Notes: generated by a model not told the origin, from the letters alone. DNA of 64,000 bases from Calditrichales bacterium (GCA_965267575.1 OZ254086.1:2464001-2528000), one strand, 5' to 3'; counted from the stretch's first letter, positions 40,875-50,643 are shown. Translations and numbers: made by a program.

Positions 40875-41369
40875 GTGGATATCTTTAACATAGTGTTGGT
40901 TGTGGCCGTGCTATTATGTTCTTTGGTTGCGGGCTTACTATTTGCTTTTGTGGTTGTGGTTATGCCCGGCATCAAGCGTCTGGATGACAAAAACTTCATT
41001 AAAGCATTCCAGGTGATGGATGGTATAATCCAGAATAATCAACCGCTCTTTATGATTGCCTGGGTTGGCTCGGTTTTGTTTCTGCTTGCGGCCGTGGCGC
41101 TGGGTATCGCAGAGCTGCAATCAGCGGATTTATCATTGCTGGCATTGTCCGCTGCCGTCTATGTTTTTGGCGTTCAGCTTCCCACGGTGATAAATAACAT
41201 TCCGCTAAACAACAAGCTGCAGACGTTAAATACGGACGCGCTTTCTGAAAAAGCGCTGCACGCCGCCAGACAGGAATTCGAGTCCAAATGGAATAGATGG
41301 AATATTTTCCGGACCTTCTTTTCAATAATAGCGGTAGTTTTTTTATTGATTCATCTCTATAGACTATGA
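40875..41369 (+). CDS. DUF1772 / anthrone-oxygenase-family membrane protein
   Basis: AGLLFAF..VVMPG...L.D..F..AFQ.MD, NIPLNN and W..WN..RT motifs. Confidence 0.85.
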   Translation: MDIFNIVLVVAVLLCSLVAGLLFAFVVVVMPGIKRLDDKNFIKAFQVMDGIIQNNQPLFMIAWVGSVLFLLAAVALGIAELQSADLSLLALSAAVYVFGVQLPTVINNIPLNNKLQTLNTDALSEKALHAARQEFESKWNRWNIFRTFFSIIAVVFLLIHLYRL

Positions 41370-41402
41370 TAGCTTTGGGCGAACCCAAGTTTTTGTAAGA
41401 AA

Positions 41403-42305
41403 ATGATAAAATTGTGCTTTTATAAGATTGCCTTATTCTTTCCATTTTTTTTCTTTTTGTCCACCTCGGCGCAAACTCCGGATAGCCTGATCCAGACAGT
41501 TAAAGAAATTGAAGAAAGACTGGATGGGCGTATCGGCGTGGCCGTTTACGACGACAACAGCGGCCGGGCGTGGCAGTACAAGGAAAATGAGCGCTTCCCG
41601 ATGTGCAGCACGTTTAAGGCGCTGGCCGTTGCCGCCCTTTTGGCCCGTGTCGATGCGGGGGATGAGCAATTGGAAAGGGTGGCAACATTTAAGGAAGATG
41701 AACTGGTCTCCTATTCGCCTGTAACTGAAAAGCACACTGGCGAAGGTGGCATGACCCTGGCAGCCCTATGCGAGGCTACCCTCGCCACCAGCGATAACAC
41801 CGCGGCCAACCTGATCCTTAAAGCCGTTGGCGGACCCGCGTCGCTCACAGCATTTGTCCGCGCGACGGGAGATACGATTACCCGCCTGGACCGCTGGGAA
41901 ACCGAACTTAACGAAGGCCTGCCCGGAGATGTTCGTGATACAACGACCCCCCGCGCCATAGCGATGACCTTAAAAAAGTTGTTGCTGAGCGATGTGATGT
42001 CAGAACCATCCCGCAGGCAATTGATTGAATGGCTTAATGGCAACCGGGTGGCCGATGCCTTACTGCGTGCCTCGCTGCCGGAAGGCTGGGTCATCGCCGA
42101 CCGCAGCGGTGCGGGCGGATACGGCACACGCGGCATAATCGCCATACTCTGGCCACCTGCGGGCAAACCCGTTTCCGTTGCCATTTACATCACCGAAACC
42201 GAAGCTTCTTTTGATGAGCGCAATAAGGCCATTGCAGGGATAGGCGTGGCTATAGTAAATGCCATAAATAAAGACCGGTTGTTTAAAGTCGAAACAATGA
42301 AATAA
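41403..42305 (+). CDS. Class A beta-lactamase, CARB-like (RSG triad)
   Basis: ERFPMCSTFK (S70xxK), SDN, LDRWETELN (E166), DTTTP and ADRSG. Confidence 0.92.
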   Translation: MIKLCFYKIALFFPFFFFLSTSAQTPDSLIQTVKEIEERLDGRIGVAVYDDNSGRAWQYKENERFPMCSTFKALAVAALLARVDAGDEQLERVATFKEDELVSYSPVTEKHTGEGGMTLAALCEATLATSDNTAANLILKAVGGPASLTAFVRATGDTITRLDRWETELNEGLPGDVRDTTTPRAIAMTLKKLLLSDVMSEPSRRQLIEWLNGNRVADALLRASLPEGWVIADRSGAGGYGTRGIIAILWPPAGKPVSVAIYITETEASFDERNKAIAGIGVAIVNAINKDRLFKVETMK

Positions 42306-42343
42306 AAATTAACAACACTTTCATTTTAGCGATTTAACAATCT

Positions 42344-42787
42344 ATGCTACATACCTGGATTCTATTATTCCACATACTTGGTGCCTGTATCTGGACAGGG
42401 GGCCATCTTGTGCTGGCGCTGACCATTTTGCCCAAAGCCCTGCGCGGCGACCTGGATTTGCTACGCCGTTTTGAACAGCTTTATGAGCGCGTCGGGATTC
42501 CGGCACTTATCATTCAGATACTGACGGGGCTTTGGCTGGCCTACCGCTTATTGCCGGTCGTCCCGGCCTGGTTCGCGCTTGAACATCCCTACAGTCCGCT
42601 GATCAGCATCAAATTGGGACTGCTGCTTATTACCGCTTTGTTTGCCGTGGACGCCCGTTTTCGTATCATCCCCAAATTGGGGCCGCATAATGTACGCGGT
42701 CTTGCCTGGCATATTATCCCGGTTACCCTGGTTTCGGTGGCGTTCGTTGTCGTGGGCGTTCTTTTCCGCGGCGGCGCATTATTCTAG
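42344..42787 (+). CDS. CopD-like 4-TM protein
   Basis: H.LGA.IWTGG, FE..YE..GIPAL.IQ and IKL.LL motifs. Confidence 0.75.
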   Translation: MLHTWILLFHILGACIWTGGHLVLALTILPKALRGDLDLLRRFEQLYERVGIPALIIQILTGLWLAYRLLPVVPAWFALEHPYSPLISIKLGLLLITALFAVDARFRIIPKLGPHNVRGLAWHIIPVTLVSVAFVVVGVLFRGGALF

Positions 42788-42898
42788 TCCACTTATTTTT
42801 CTTGCTTTCAGGAAATTAGTTTCTTAAAAACTGTCGTATTCTTTTATCCGTGTTAAATGAAGTAAGGGATTCTCAAAGATTAAGTAAATCAGGGGGCC

Positions 42899-43420
42899 AT
42901 GCCTATGAACAGCTCAGAGAGGCTGAAGTGTCTGCAGGATGATCTTGATAAACTGGTTAAGCGGTACTCGGGAGAAGCCGTCCGCTACAAAAAAACCGCA
43001 TTAACATTAAAGATCACCTCCGTGGTGTTTGCCGCGCTGATTACCGTTATGCTCGGTTTAAGCGTGGAGCAGGAATTAAAAGATCTGCTCCGAAATATCG
43101 CCCTTGTTTTTGGGGCTATTATAACTGTGCTCAGCGCGTATGAGGCTTTTTTTGACCCCCGGGCTTTATGGATCCGGGAGACAGTTACATTTGCCCGGCT
43201 CAAAGACCTGCAGCGTGATCTCCGGTTTTGGTCGTCCGGTCTTGATAAGGAGTCAATGGATCCAAAGGAAGTTGACATGTTTAAGCAAAGGCTGGATCAT
43301 ATACATAATGACAGCCTAAAATACTGGATGAAAGTACGCGGTGCCCCAGACGCAGAGAATATCGGCGTCAAAAAGACCGAAAACATCGAGAACCCGCCTG
43401 CTATGCCATCTATCTCCTGA
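42899..43420 (+). CDS. SLATT/DUF4231-like 2-TM protein
   Basis: Two TM helices followed by F.P..LW.R...T...LK.L. Confidence 0.65.
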   Translation: MPMNSSERLKCLQDDLDKLVKRYSGEAVRYKKTALTLKITSVVFAALITVMLGLSVEQELKDLLRNIALVFGAIITVLSAYEAFFDPRALWIRETVTFARLKDLQRDLRFWSSGLDKESMDPKEVDMFKQRLDHIHNDSLKYWMKVRGAPDAENIGVKKTENIENPPAMPSIS

Positions 43421-43558
43421 GTTTGGCAGGGCTATCGGGTTGCCGTAATCAAATATGCTTCAGGGCTTTTTATCTTTCCGCTTTTTTACTCAAATAAATG
43501 TGTTAAATTAGAGTAAAATCTGTTTCCTACTCCCCGCGGGAAGCAAGGGAGGAATGTT

Positions 43559-45193
43559 ATGCCCAAAAAATCATGGCGCAGGTATATCCGGCAACTGGGA
43601 CGTTCGCTGGGCCTGCGTGTTCTGTTGCTGCTAATCATTGTGTTTACAGCGTTGTTTTTTATTTACACGAATGTTTACAGCAACATGCAATACACTTTCC
43701 TGGAGCAATCCGTTAAACTTTCCGCGTTACGCTCAGGCGATCTTATCCGAAAAAGTACCTTTCGCTCCATGTTGCGCAACGATCGGCCGGCGCTGTTTGA
43801 AATGATCCATACGATAGGCTCCGAGCCGGGTATTGAACGCATCCGTATATACAATAAAGACGGCGAGATCATGTTCTCAACAGAACAAAGAGAAGCCGGC
43901 AATATGGTAAGTCTGGAAAATCCCGCCTGTATCGGCTGCCACAGTCACCCCAATACATTGCGCGATATCCCCGAAGAAGAGCGCTTCCGTGTTTTTCGCG
44001 ATGAGAAAAGAGACGAGCGCCTGCTTGGCCTGATCGTGCCGATTTACAACCAGAGATTATGCTGGGACAGCAGTTGCCACTTCCACGAACGCGACCGCAA
44101 CATCCTCGGTGTACTGGACGTGCAGTTTTCCATGCAGGAGTTTGACGGCATGGTGGCCGAGGCAGATGAGACCGTTCTGTCGTATTCCATTGGCCTGATC
44201 GCGATTGGCCTGTTGCTGGTGGGAGCGGTTATCTGGGTTTCCACCTTCCGGCCCTTGCGCAAATTGCGTGAAGGAACGGAAACGCTGGCAACCGGCAATC
44301 TCGGCTACCGCATAAATTTAAAGCGGCATGATGAGCTTGGTGATCTGGCCGTATCCTTCAATTCCATGGCGGCAAACCTGGAGCAGGCCTACAACGATCT
44401 TAAACATTGGTCGCATACGCTGGAAGAGAAGGTGGATGAAAAAACCACGGAATTAAAGCGCATCCATGAAGAAATCGTAAAAGTAGAACGGATAAGCACA
44501 CTGGGTAAAATGGCGGCCACCGTGGCCCACGAGCTTAACAACCCGCTCTCCGGAATCCTGAACTACAGTCGCCTGCTGCAGAAAAAAACACGCCGCCTGC
44601 TGCCGGAATCGGATGATAAGAAAAAGCTACTTGAAAATCTGGAGCTTATCGCTTCCGAATCGATGCGCTGCGGCACGATTGTGAAAAACCTGCTGGTGTT
44701 TGCCCGCGGTTCCGACCTGCGCGCGCAAATGACCGATTTACGCGAAATTGTTGAGCGCGCGCGTAAGCTGATGGCGCACCACTTTGAGCTTGGCGATATC
44801 AAAACTTCCGTTGAGATAAGCGCCGCCGTTAAAGAGATCGAATGTGACGCCAACCAGATCATGCAGGCATTGGTGGCGCTTATGGTTAACGCGGTGGAGG
44901 CGATGCCAGAAGGGGGCAACCTGAAAATAAGCGTTTGTGATGGCAAAGAGCCCGGTTTTGTGCGGCTGGCTGTCAGTGACGACGGGATGGGTATCCCTGA
45001 CGATATAAGGGATAAAATTTTTGAGCCGTTTTTCAGCAGCAAGGAAAACCAGAAAGGCGCCGGCCTGGGCCTCTCCGTGGTTTACGGCATAGTGCAGCGT
45101 CATCGTGGACAAATCAACGTTACATCCAAGGCGGGTAAGGGCAGTACCTTTATTATAGATTTACCGCTTAAGCAAAAAGGGCAATCTGAATGA
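43559..45193 (+). CDS. Sensor histidine kinase with periplasmic heme-c-type motifs and HAMP domain
   Basis: CIGCH and CWDSSCH between the two TMs; DELGDLA.SFN.M (HAMP); VAHELNNPL, N, G1, F and G2 boxes. Confidence 0.92.
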   Translation: MPKKSWRRYIRQLGRSLGLRVLLLLIIVFTALFFIYTNVYSNMQYTFLEQSVKLSALRSGDLIRKSTFRSMLRNDRPALFEMIHTIGSEPGIERIRIYNKDGEIMFSTEQREAGNMVSLENPACIGCHSHPNTLRDIPEEERFRVFRDEKRDERLLGLIVPIYNQRLCWDSSCHFHERDRNILGVLDVQFSMQEFDGMVAEADETVLSYSIGLIAIGLLLVGAVIWVSTFRPLRKLREGTETLATGNLGYRINLKRHDELGDLAVSFNSMAANLEQAYNDLKHWSHTLEEKVDEKTTELKRIHEEIVKVERISTLGKMAATVAHELNNPLSGILNYSRLLQKKTRRLLPESDDKKKLLENLELIASESMRCGTIVKNLLVFARGSDLRAQMTDLREIVERARKLMAHHFELGDIKTSVEISAAVKEIECDANQIMQALVALMVNAVEAMPEGGNLKISVCDGKEPGFVRLAVSDDGMGIPDDIRDKIFEPFFSSKENQKGAGLGLSVVYGIVQRHRGQINVTSKAGKGSTFIIDLPLKQKGQSE

Positions 45194-46536
45194 AATCACC
45201 AAAAATAATGATCGTTGACGATGAAGATAGCGTATGTCGCTCCCTGCGCGAATGGTTTCTTGAGGACGGCTATGATGTTGAAACGGCACACGATGGTCGT
45301 GAAGCACTTCAAAAAATGAACGGCGGCCCCTACGACATCATTTTGCTGGATATAAAAATGCCCGGGATGGACGGTATCACGCTGCAAAAAAAGATCCGCG
45401 AGATTGATGAAGAGGCAATCATTATTATAATGACGGCCTATGCTTCCGTGGATACCGCGGTGGAGGCGCTTAAGCACGGCGCGTTTGAATATATTACCAA
45501 GCCTTTTGATCCCGACAACCTGACCCACCTTGTGCGCAACGCTCTGCGTCAAAAGGACCTGAGCGAGGAAAACCGGCAGCTTAAAGAAAAACTAACCGAG
45601 CTGAGCCCGGCCGATGACATTATCGCGGAAAGCGACGAAATGAAGAATGTGATCGAGATGGTGCGCACAGTAGCCGAAACCGACTCCACCGTGCTGATCC
45701 GTGGTGAAAGCGGTACCGGCAAGGAACTGATCGCGCGAGCCATCCACAGCCGCAGCAAACGGCGTTTTTTGCCGATCGTTGCCGTCAATTGCGGCGCCAT
45801 CCCCGAGACGCTGCTGGAGAGTGAGCTGTTCGGCCACGAAAAAGGCGCTTTTACCGGGGCACAGTATCGCCGTAAAGGCAAGATTGAATTATCCGATGGC
45901 GGTACGCTTTTTCTGGATGAAATAGGTGATATTGAGCCCAAGATGCAGGTGGACCTGCTGCGCGTTCTGGAACAGAAAAGCTTTACCCGTCTTGGCGGCA
46001 ACGAAGAGATCAAGGTCGACTTCCGGTTGATTTGCGCCACCAATAAAAACCTGGAAAAGCTGCTGGAGAACGAGACCTTCCGCGAGGACCTTTACTACCG
46101 CATCAATGTGTTTACCATCGTCATCCCGCCGCTGCGCGAGAGGCGCGCCGATATTATCCCCATGGCCGAGCATTTTATACAGAAGTACGCGCGGATGATG
46201 GGCAAGCCTCTTAAAAGTATTACACCGGGAGCGCGCGATGAACTGATGGCCCACAGCTGGCCCGGCAATGTGCGCGAGCTGGAAAACGCCATGGAGCGGG
46301 CCATGGTTATCGGCCGCAGCGATGCCGTACGCTCAGAAGATCTGCCGCTTTCGCTTAATGAAAACGGCGGTTCAAAAAAGGGCCGTTCGCTTAAGCTGTC
46401 CGATGTGGAAGAAGAGCACATTCGCCGCGTGATGCGCGATACCGATGGCAATGTAACACGTGCCGCATCGCTGCTGGGCATCGACCGGGTGACGCTGTAC
46501 AACAAGCTCAAAAAATACGGCATTACGCGACAGTGA
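45190..46536 (+). CDS. Sigma-54-dependent response regulator (NtrC/AtoC family)
   Basis: Receiver (VDDE, LLDIKMP, KPF), GESGTGKE, GAFTGA, LFLDE and Fis-type HTH. Confidence 0.95.
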   Translation: MKSPKIMIVDDEDSVCRSLREWFLEDGYDVETAHDGREALQKMNGGPYDIILLDIKMPGMDGITLQKKIREIDEEAIIIIMTAYASVDTAVEALKHGAFEYITKPFDPDNLTHLVRNALRQKDLSEENRQLKEKLTELSPADDIIAESDEMKNVIEMVRTVAETDSTVLIRGESGTGKELIARAIHSRSKRRFLPIVAVNCGAIPETLLESELFGHEKGAFTGAQYRRKGKIELSDGGTLFLDEIGDIEPKMQVDLLRVLEQKSFTRLGGNEEIKVDFRLICATNKNLEKLLENETFREDLYYRINVFTIVIPPLRERRADIIPMAEHFIQKYARMMGKPLKSITPGARDELMAHSWPGNVRELENAMERAMVIGRSDAVRSEDLPLSLNENGGSKKGRSLKLSDVEEEHIRRVMRDTDGNVTRAASLLGIDRVTLYNKLKKYGITRQ

Positions 46537-47066
46537 CCATTACGATCGCCTTTATCAATAACCATTTTCCGGCCGGCTGGATGCAGCTTCCAATGGACTT
46601 GCAGCATTGCCTGCCATTTACTTTTCGCCACGTGCGGCTGGATATCAATCTTAAGGCCTCGTTCGATCCGGGGCGCGGGCAATACCATTCCCCCTCTATT
46701 CTGCAAAAGGTGCTTAACAGTATACCATATGACAGCGACAAGATCGTGGGCATCACCCAGGTGGATCTGTTCATCCCTGTTCTGACCTTTGTTTTTGGCG
46801 AGGCTCAGCTTAGCGGGCCTGCGGCGCTTGTTTCCACACACCGCCTGCATAACACATTTTACGGCCTCCCGGAAAATGACAATCTGCTTTATGAGCGCCT
46901 TTTAAAAGAAGTGCTGCATGAACTGGGGCATACGATGGGACTGGTGCATTGCCGCGATTACCGCTGTGTGATGCACGCTTCCACATACGTTGAGGACAGT
47001 GATATAAAACAGGCCCGTTTTTGTAAAGAATGCCAGGGAAAACTCGGGGTAACGTGTGAAGAGTGA
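46533..47066 (+). CDS. Archaemetzincin-family zinc metalloprotease
   Basis: FVFGEA, HELGHTMGLVHC....CVM..S....D.....FC..C; GTGA overlap with the regulator. Confidence 0.9.
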   Translation: MTITIAFINNHFPAGWMQLPMDLQHCLPFTFRHVRLDINLKASFDPGRGQYHSPSILQKVLNSIPYDSDKIVGITQVDLFIPVLTFVFGEAQLSGPAALVSTHRLHNTFYGLPENDNLLYERLLKEVLHELGHTMGLVHCRDYRCVMHASTYVEDSDIKQARFCKECQGKLGVTCEE

Positions 47067-47090
47067 GGCAGGGCAGTTTTACTGTTTTGT

Positions 47091-47171
47091 AGTCATGGAA
47101 TCCTGAAGTCCTGAGCTTCCGGAGGCCGGCTATAATCTTTAATGACCTCAAGACTTCAGGACTTTATGACT
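47091..47171. repeat. 25-bp imperfect inverted repeat between convergent operons
   Basis: AGTCATGGAATCCTGAAGTCCTGAG ... CTCAAGACTTCAGGACTTTATGACT (21 of 25 complementary). Confidence 0.7.
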
Positions 47172-47180
47172 CCCGGATGT

Positions 47181-47915
47181 TTATAGAAAAGTATTATTGA
47201 ACAAACTCTTCAACAGCCTGCGGTAATTTTTTTCTCCCAAAACTCTGCGCAGATCGCATTCCGGCAAACCGCCGTCGGGCAGGGTGATGCCGGGTCTTTG
47301 TTCCTGAATAGCAGGGATCAAAAAGGCGCGCAATTCGGACACTATTCGCTCGTATTGGCTGAGGGAAGCGTTAGGTGGGCTGTTGTCCATAAAGCGCGCC
47401 GTTTGATCATCGATATGCAGCGAAAAAAGGCCGCCATTATCATTTTCTTCAAGAGCCTCATTGGCGCTGCAGGCATTAAAGACCACTCCGCCAAAAGGGC
47501 AATAAAAAGGTACCGCAAGATCGTCGCGAACCGCCAGAACGGCGAGCTGCCCCGGGCGCAGAACCTGGCCGTTTGTGGGTATGGCCACATCGTTCAACGG
47601 CTCCAGGATGCGCCGGTAGAAAGGATCCATACCGGCACGCACCTGCCTGGCGCCCGTCTTTTTCAGCCACAAATGCCCGCTTTCAGTAAAGCGATCGGGG
47701 TGAATGCTGCAATCGTTAAAAAGATGATTCAGATAGCTTTCCACAACAGCCAGAGTTTCACCGCTTTCGGAGGCAGCCGTCTGTCCGCGCATCACGTGGT
47801 GAAAAGGGCAATTCTCGCAATCAAAATCACGGTCGCAGAGTTTGTAGCGAATCAGGCCGGCTGTCATCCAGACACAGCGCCGGTCCTTCTTCTCGTTTTG
47901 ATCCAGCGTTAACAT
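47181..47915 (-). CDS. GcvH-like protein with N-terminal Cys cluster; no lipoyl lysine
   Basis: CVWM.AG...YKLCDRDFDCENCPF; HLWL.....VRAG.D.F; YCPFGG; TLPDGG tail. Confidence 0.7.
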   Translation of the reverse strand: MLTLDQNEKKDRRCVWMTAGLIRYKLCDRDFDCENCPFHHVMRGQTAASESGETLAVVESYLNHLFNDCSIHPDRFTESGHLWLKKTGARQVRAGMDPFYRRILEPLNDVAIPTNGQVLRPGQLAVLAVRDDLAVPFYCPFGGVVFNACSANEALEENDNGGLFSLHIDDQTARFMDNSPPNASLSQYERIVSELRAFLIPAIQEQRPGITLPDGGLPECDLRRVLGEKNYRRLLKSLFNNTFL

Positions 47916-47927
47916 ATGTAACCCGTT

Positions 47928-49106
47928 CTACAGGGATTTGGCCCCTGTAATGCGTGCGATCCGTACTTTCGGCGGGGTTTGCTGTGCCGGCTCTTCATGC
48001 GATTCATGCACAAAGATCGGAAAGTTCTTCGCGATATAACGGAATGCAGCAAATCCCACAGCAACGATCGCCATGGTTATTACGATTTCCATCCACGATG
48101 GGAAGTAGTTATCTGCCGTATAGGCCTCAAAGGCCGTAATGGATACGTTCAGACGATTGATCACAAATCCGATAACTACAAAGATGACTGCCACAAACAG
48201 GCCCTGCTCGCTACGGCGAATGCTCTTACGCGAAAGCAGGATAATGGGCACAATAAAAAACGTCAGCATTTCAGCCCACCAGAACCATGTTTCCATACGG
48301 TCTATTAACAGGGTACCCCACAGATCCAGGCGGTTGATGTCCTGCAGTTTTACCAGCAGGGCAACGCCCAGTATAAACGCCGCGGCACGGCCCAGTTCGT
48401 TCAGCAGCGGCATTTCCAGCTTTTTATTAAAAGCGCGGCTGCTCAGGTAAGATTCCATTATTACCATGGCAAAACCAACGGCCACCGAGGTGATAAAGAA
48501 GTGCACCGGCAACAGCGACGAATACCACAGCGGATAGAGTTTTTCCGGTGCGATCAGAAAAAGCGAACCCAGCGACGACTGGTGCAGTGTCGACAGGATA
48601 ATACCCAGGATAACCAAAGGTATGGTAATGTTCTTAATGATCTTCAACGTTTTGTTCATGCGGAATTTTTCCAGCACGATGGGGCTGAACTCCAGGGCCA
48701 GAACCGTTGTGTAGAGCGTGACACACCAGCCCACTTCAAACATCACCGAGTGAGGGTTCCACATAATCAGCGGGTGCCAGATGCGTTGCGGTTGGCCGAG
48801 GTCGAACAACAGCGCCACGCAGACCAGCAGGTAGCCCAGGAAAGCGGTTAAAATCGCCGGGCGAATAACCGGCTTAAAGCGCTCGATGTTGAAGATATAG
48901 ACCATGCCGGCCATGGTGAAGCCACCGGCGGCCAGGCCCACACCACACAAAACATCAAAGCCAATCCACAGACCCCAGGGGGTGGCATCGGTCAGATTGG
49001 TGGAAGCACCCAGGCCGTGGAAAAAGCGCACGTATGTAGCATATAATCCGGCGCCCATAAGCGCTACAAAAACGCCGCGCCAAAATGTAATCTTAGGCAT
49101 TTTCAT
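47928..49106 (-). CDS. NrfD/PsrC-family integral membrane subunit, HybB-like
   Basis: PWGLWIGFDVLCGVGLAAGGF, DLG.P.R.W, SVMFEV and LSTLHQSSLG motifs. Confidence 0.9.
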   Translation of the reverse strand: MKMPKITFWRGVFVALMGAGLYATYVRFFHGLGASTNLTDATPWGLWIGFDVLCGVGLAAGGFTMAGMVYIFNIERFKPVIRPAILTAFLGYLLVCVALLFDLGQPQRIWHPLIMWNPHSVMFEVGWCVTLYTTVLALEFSPIVLEKFRMNKTLKIIKNITIPLVILGIILSTLHQSSLGSLFLIAPEKLYPLWYSSLLPVHFFITSVAVGFAMVIMESYLSSRAFNKKLEMPLLNELGRAAAFILGVALLVKLQDINRLDLWGTLLIDRMETWFWWAEMLTFFIVPIILLSRKSIRRSEQGLFVAVIFVVIGFVINRLNVSITAFEAYTADNYFPSWMEIVITMAIVAVGFAAFRYIAKNFPIFVHESHEEPAQQTPPKVRIARITGAKSL

Positions 49107-49891
49107 GATTCGGCTCCTTCCTCATGACCGTTACTAATAAACGGTTCTCCCGTTTTAGGATCGATTTTTTGCAGCGTGTCGCGGCGGTTAATAATCCACC
49201 ACAATCCGTACAGGAACACACCGCCAAATCCAACCACGTTGGGGATTTCCTTTAATACTTCCCAGGTCAATTGCGGGAAGGGTTTGGAATAATTGTACTT
49301 GGGCAGACCCAGTTGCTCCAGCGGCATACCGGCCAGAACCAGGATGGATGTGCCACCGGCTTCCTTCACGCCGTAGATATAAGGATGATAGCTGTCCGGG
49401 TCTTCTTCAATGCGCTGCCGGGCGATACGGATCAGTTCGTCTCTTTCACCAAATATGGTGGATTCGTCTTCGCAAGCCTCGGCACATGCCGGCAGTTTGC
49501 CCTCTTTAATGCGCGAATAGCACATATCGCATTTTTGCACATAAGGCGAATTACTGTTCCACTGGTACTTAGGCACATCAAAGGGGCAAGCCACCATGCA
49601 GTAACGGCAGCCCATGCATTTGTCCTTCTCATAAATAACGGGGCCTTCCTTGGTTTTTGTAAATGCGCCGACCGGACATACCGAAGCACAGGAAGGCTCC
49701 TCGCAGTGCATACACATCTGCCGGTAATAGAATTCATTATCTTCGGTTTCCTTTGTCTTGAGCACCGTATAGCGCTCTGCCGCAAGCTCCGTACCGTCCG
49801 AATAAGGATGGTTGTTTCTTTCGCGGCAGGCGTCTATGCAGGCTTCGCAGCCAATGCAGCGCACACTGTCTAAAAGCATTCCATAGCTCAT
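49103..49891 (-). CDS. 4x[4Fe-4S] subunit, HybA-like, with C-terminal TM
   Basis: CIGCEACIDAC, CMHC..PSCASVCP, CMGCRYCMVACP, KCDMC..., PAC..AC and YG..E.GGT; no Tat signal visible. Confidence 0.9.
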   Translation of the reverse strand: MSYGMLLDSVRCIGCEACIDACRERNNHPYSDGTELAAERYTVLKTKETEDNEFYYRQMCMHCEEPSCASVCPVGAFTKTKEGPVIYEKDKCMGCRYCMVACPFDVPKYQWNSNSPYVQKCDMCYSRIKEGKLPACAEACEDESTIFGERDELIRIARQRIEEDPDSYHPYIYGVKEAGGTSILVLAGMPLEQLGLPKYNYSKPFPQLTWEVLKEIPNVVGFGGVFLYGLWWIINRRDTLQKIDPKTGEPFISNGHEEGAES

Positions 49892-49894
49892 GAT

Positions 49895-50557
49895 CTACTT
49901 CTCCGTTTTAAGCGGGTTTAAAAAGGTCTTCTGAAAATCATTCCAGACATGTCCTTCGAACTGCTGCAGGATGCCTTGCGGCAAATCGCCCCCGTCTGCC
50001 ATGGTGATCGCGCCATGTTTCTCGGCGATGGCCCGGCTGAAGAAGTCACGGATCTCGTTAAAACGCTCGCGGCTCCACTTTTTGGCTTCATCAGCCACCA
50101 TCCAGGAACGTATAGCGATGGGCACATCAGTGGGCTTGATCAGCGCCAGCCAGTTGTTGTCCTGTCCGGGCAGATAATTGTAATCGTAATTAACCGCTGA
50201 AATATGTCCGCTGACCGGAGAAGCCAGCCGTAATTGATGCTTGCCGTTCTTAACCAGCATCAGCGCTTGCCCGCGCTTAACATCTTCACCTTCTTCCAGC
50301 ATGGTCAGCTCATCGATCTTGCCGGTGAGACCGCTAAGAATCGGGTGCAGGCCAATGGCCACGGAACCGTCATCCAGAATGCGCGTCCAGGTAAAACCTT
50401 TTTGCAGAAAAACACCACCGGGCAGGCTGCTTAAAGTTTTAAACAGCGGGTCCGGTGCCTGGGAAGCAGCTTCGAGGGAAGTTGCTTTTTTCTTTCGTAG
50501 CAATAGGTCAATCCCCAGGAAAAGGACTATTGTCGCTACAACGAATAAAACTACCAT
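49895..50557 (-). CDS. Membrane-anchored GcvH-like protein
   Basis: AAGGAG RBS; N-terminal TM MVVLFVVATIVLFLGID; TW....DG.V.IGL, SPVSG.I.AVN, WL..IKP; TMADGG tail. Confidence 0.8.
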   Translation of the reverse strand: MVVLFVVATIVLFLGIDLLLRKKKATSLEAASQAPDPLFKTLSSLPGGVFLQKGFTWTRILDDGSVAIGLHPILSGLTGKIDELTMLEEGEDVKRGQALMLVKNGKHQLRLASPVSGHISAVNYDYNYLPGQDNNWLALIKPTDVPIAIRSWMVADEAKKWSRERFNEIRDFFSRAIAEKHGAITMADGGDLPQGILQQFEGHVWNDFQKTFLNPLKTEK

Positions 50558-50597
50558 GATTGAACTCCTTTTATAAGAATGGTCCTGCCTTTTTATA

Positions 50598-50613
50598 TTC
50601 AATCATCGTGCCG
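50598..50613 (-). promoter_or_regulatory. Sigma-54 (-24/-12) promoter
   Basis: Minus strand CGGCACGATGATTGAA versus consensus TGGCACG-N4-TTGCW; 40 nt upstream of the start codon. Confidence 0.7.
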
Positions 50614-50630
50614 CTTTTCGCTGAGAGTTA

Positions 50631-50643
50631 TAACATATTGATA
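50631..50643 (-). promoter_or_regulatory. IHF binding site
   Basis: Minus strand TATCAATATGTTA matches WATCAANNNNTTR exactly and lies between the promoter and the UAS. Confidence 0.65.

Noticed and set aside
47928..49891. Calling a hydrogenase-2 (hyb) operon
   Set aside because: No small or large [NiFe] subunit or maturation gene lies in the window, so gene symbols were withheld.
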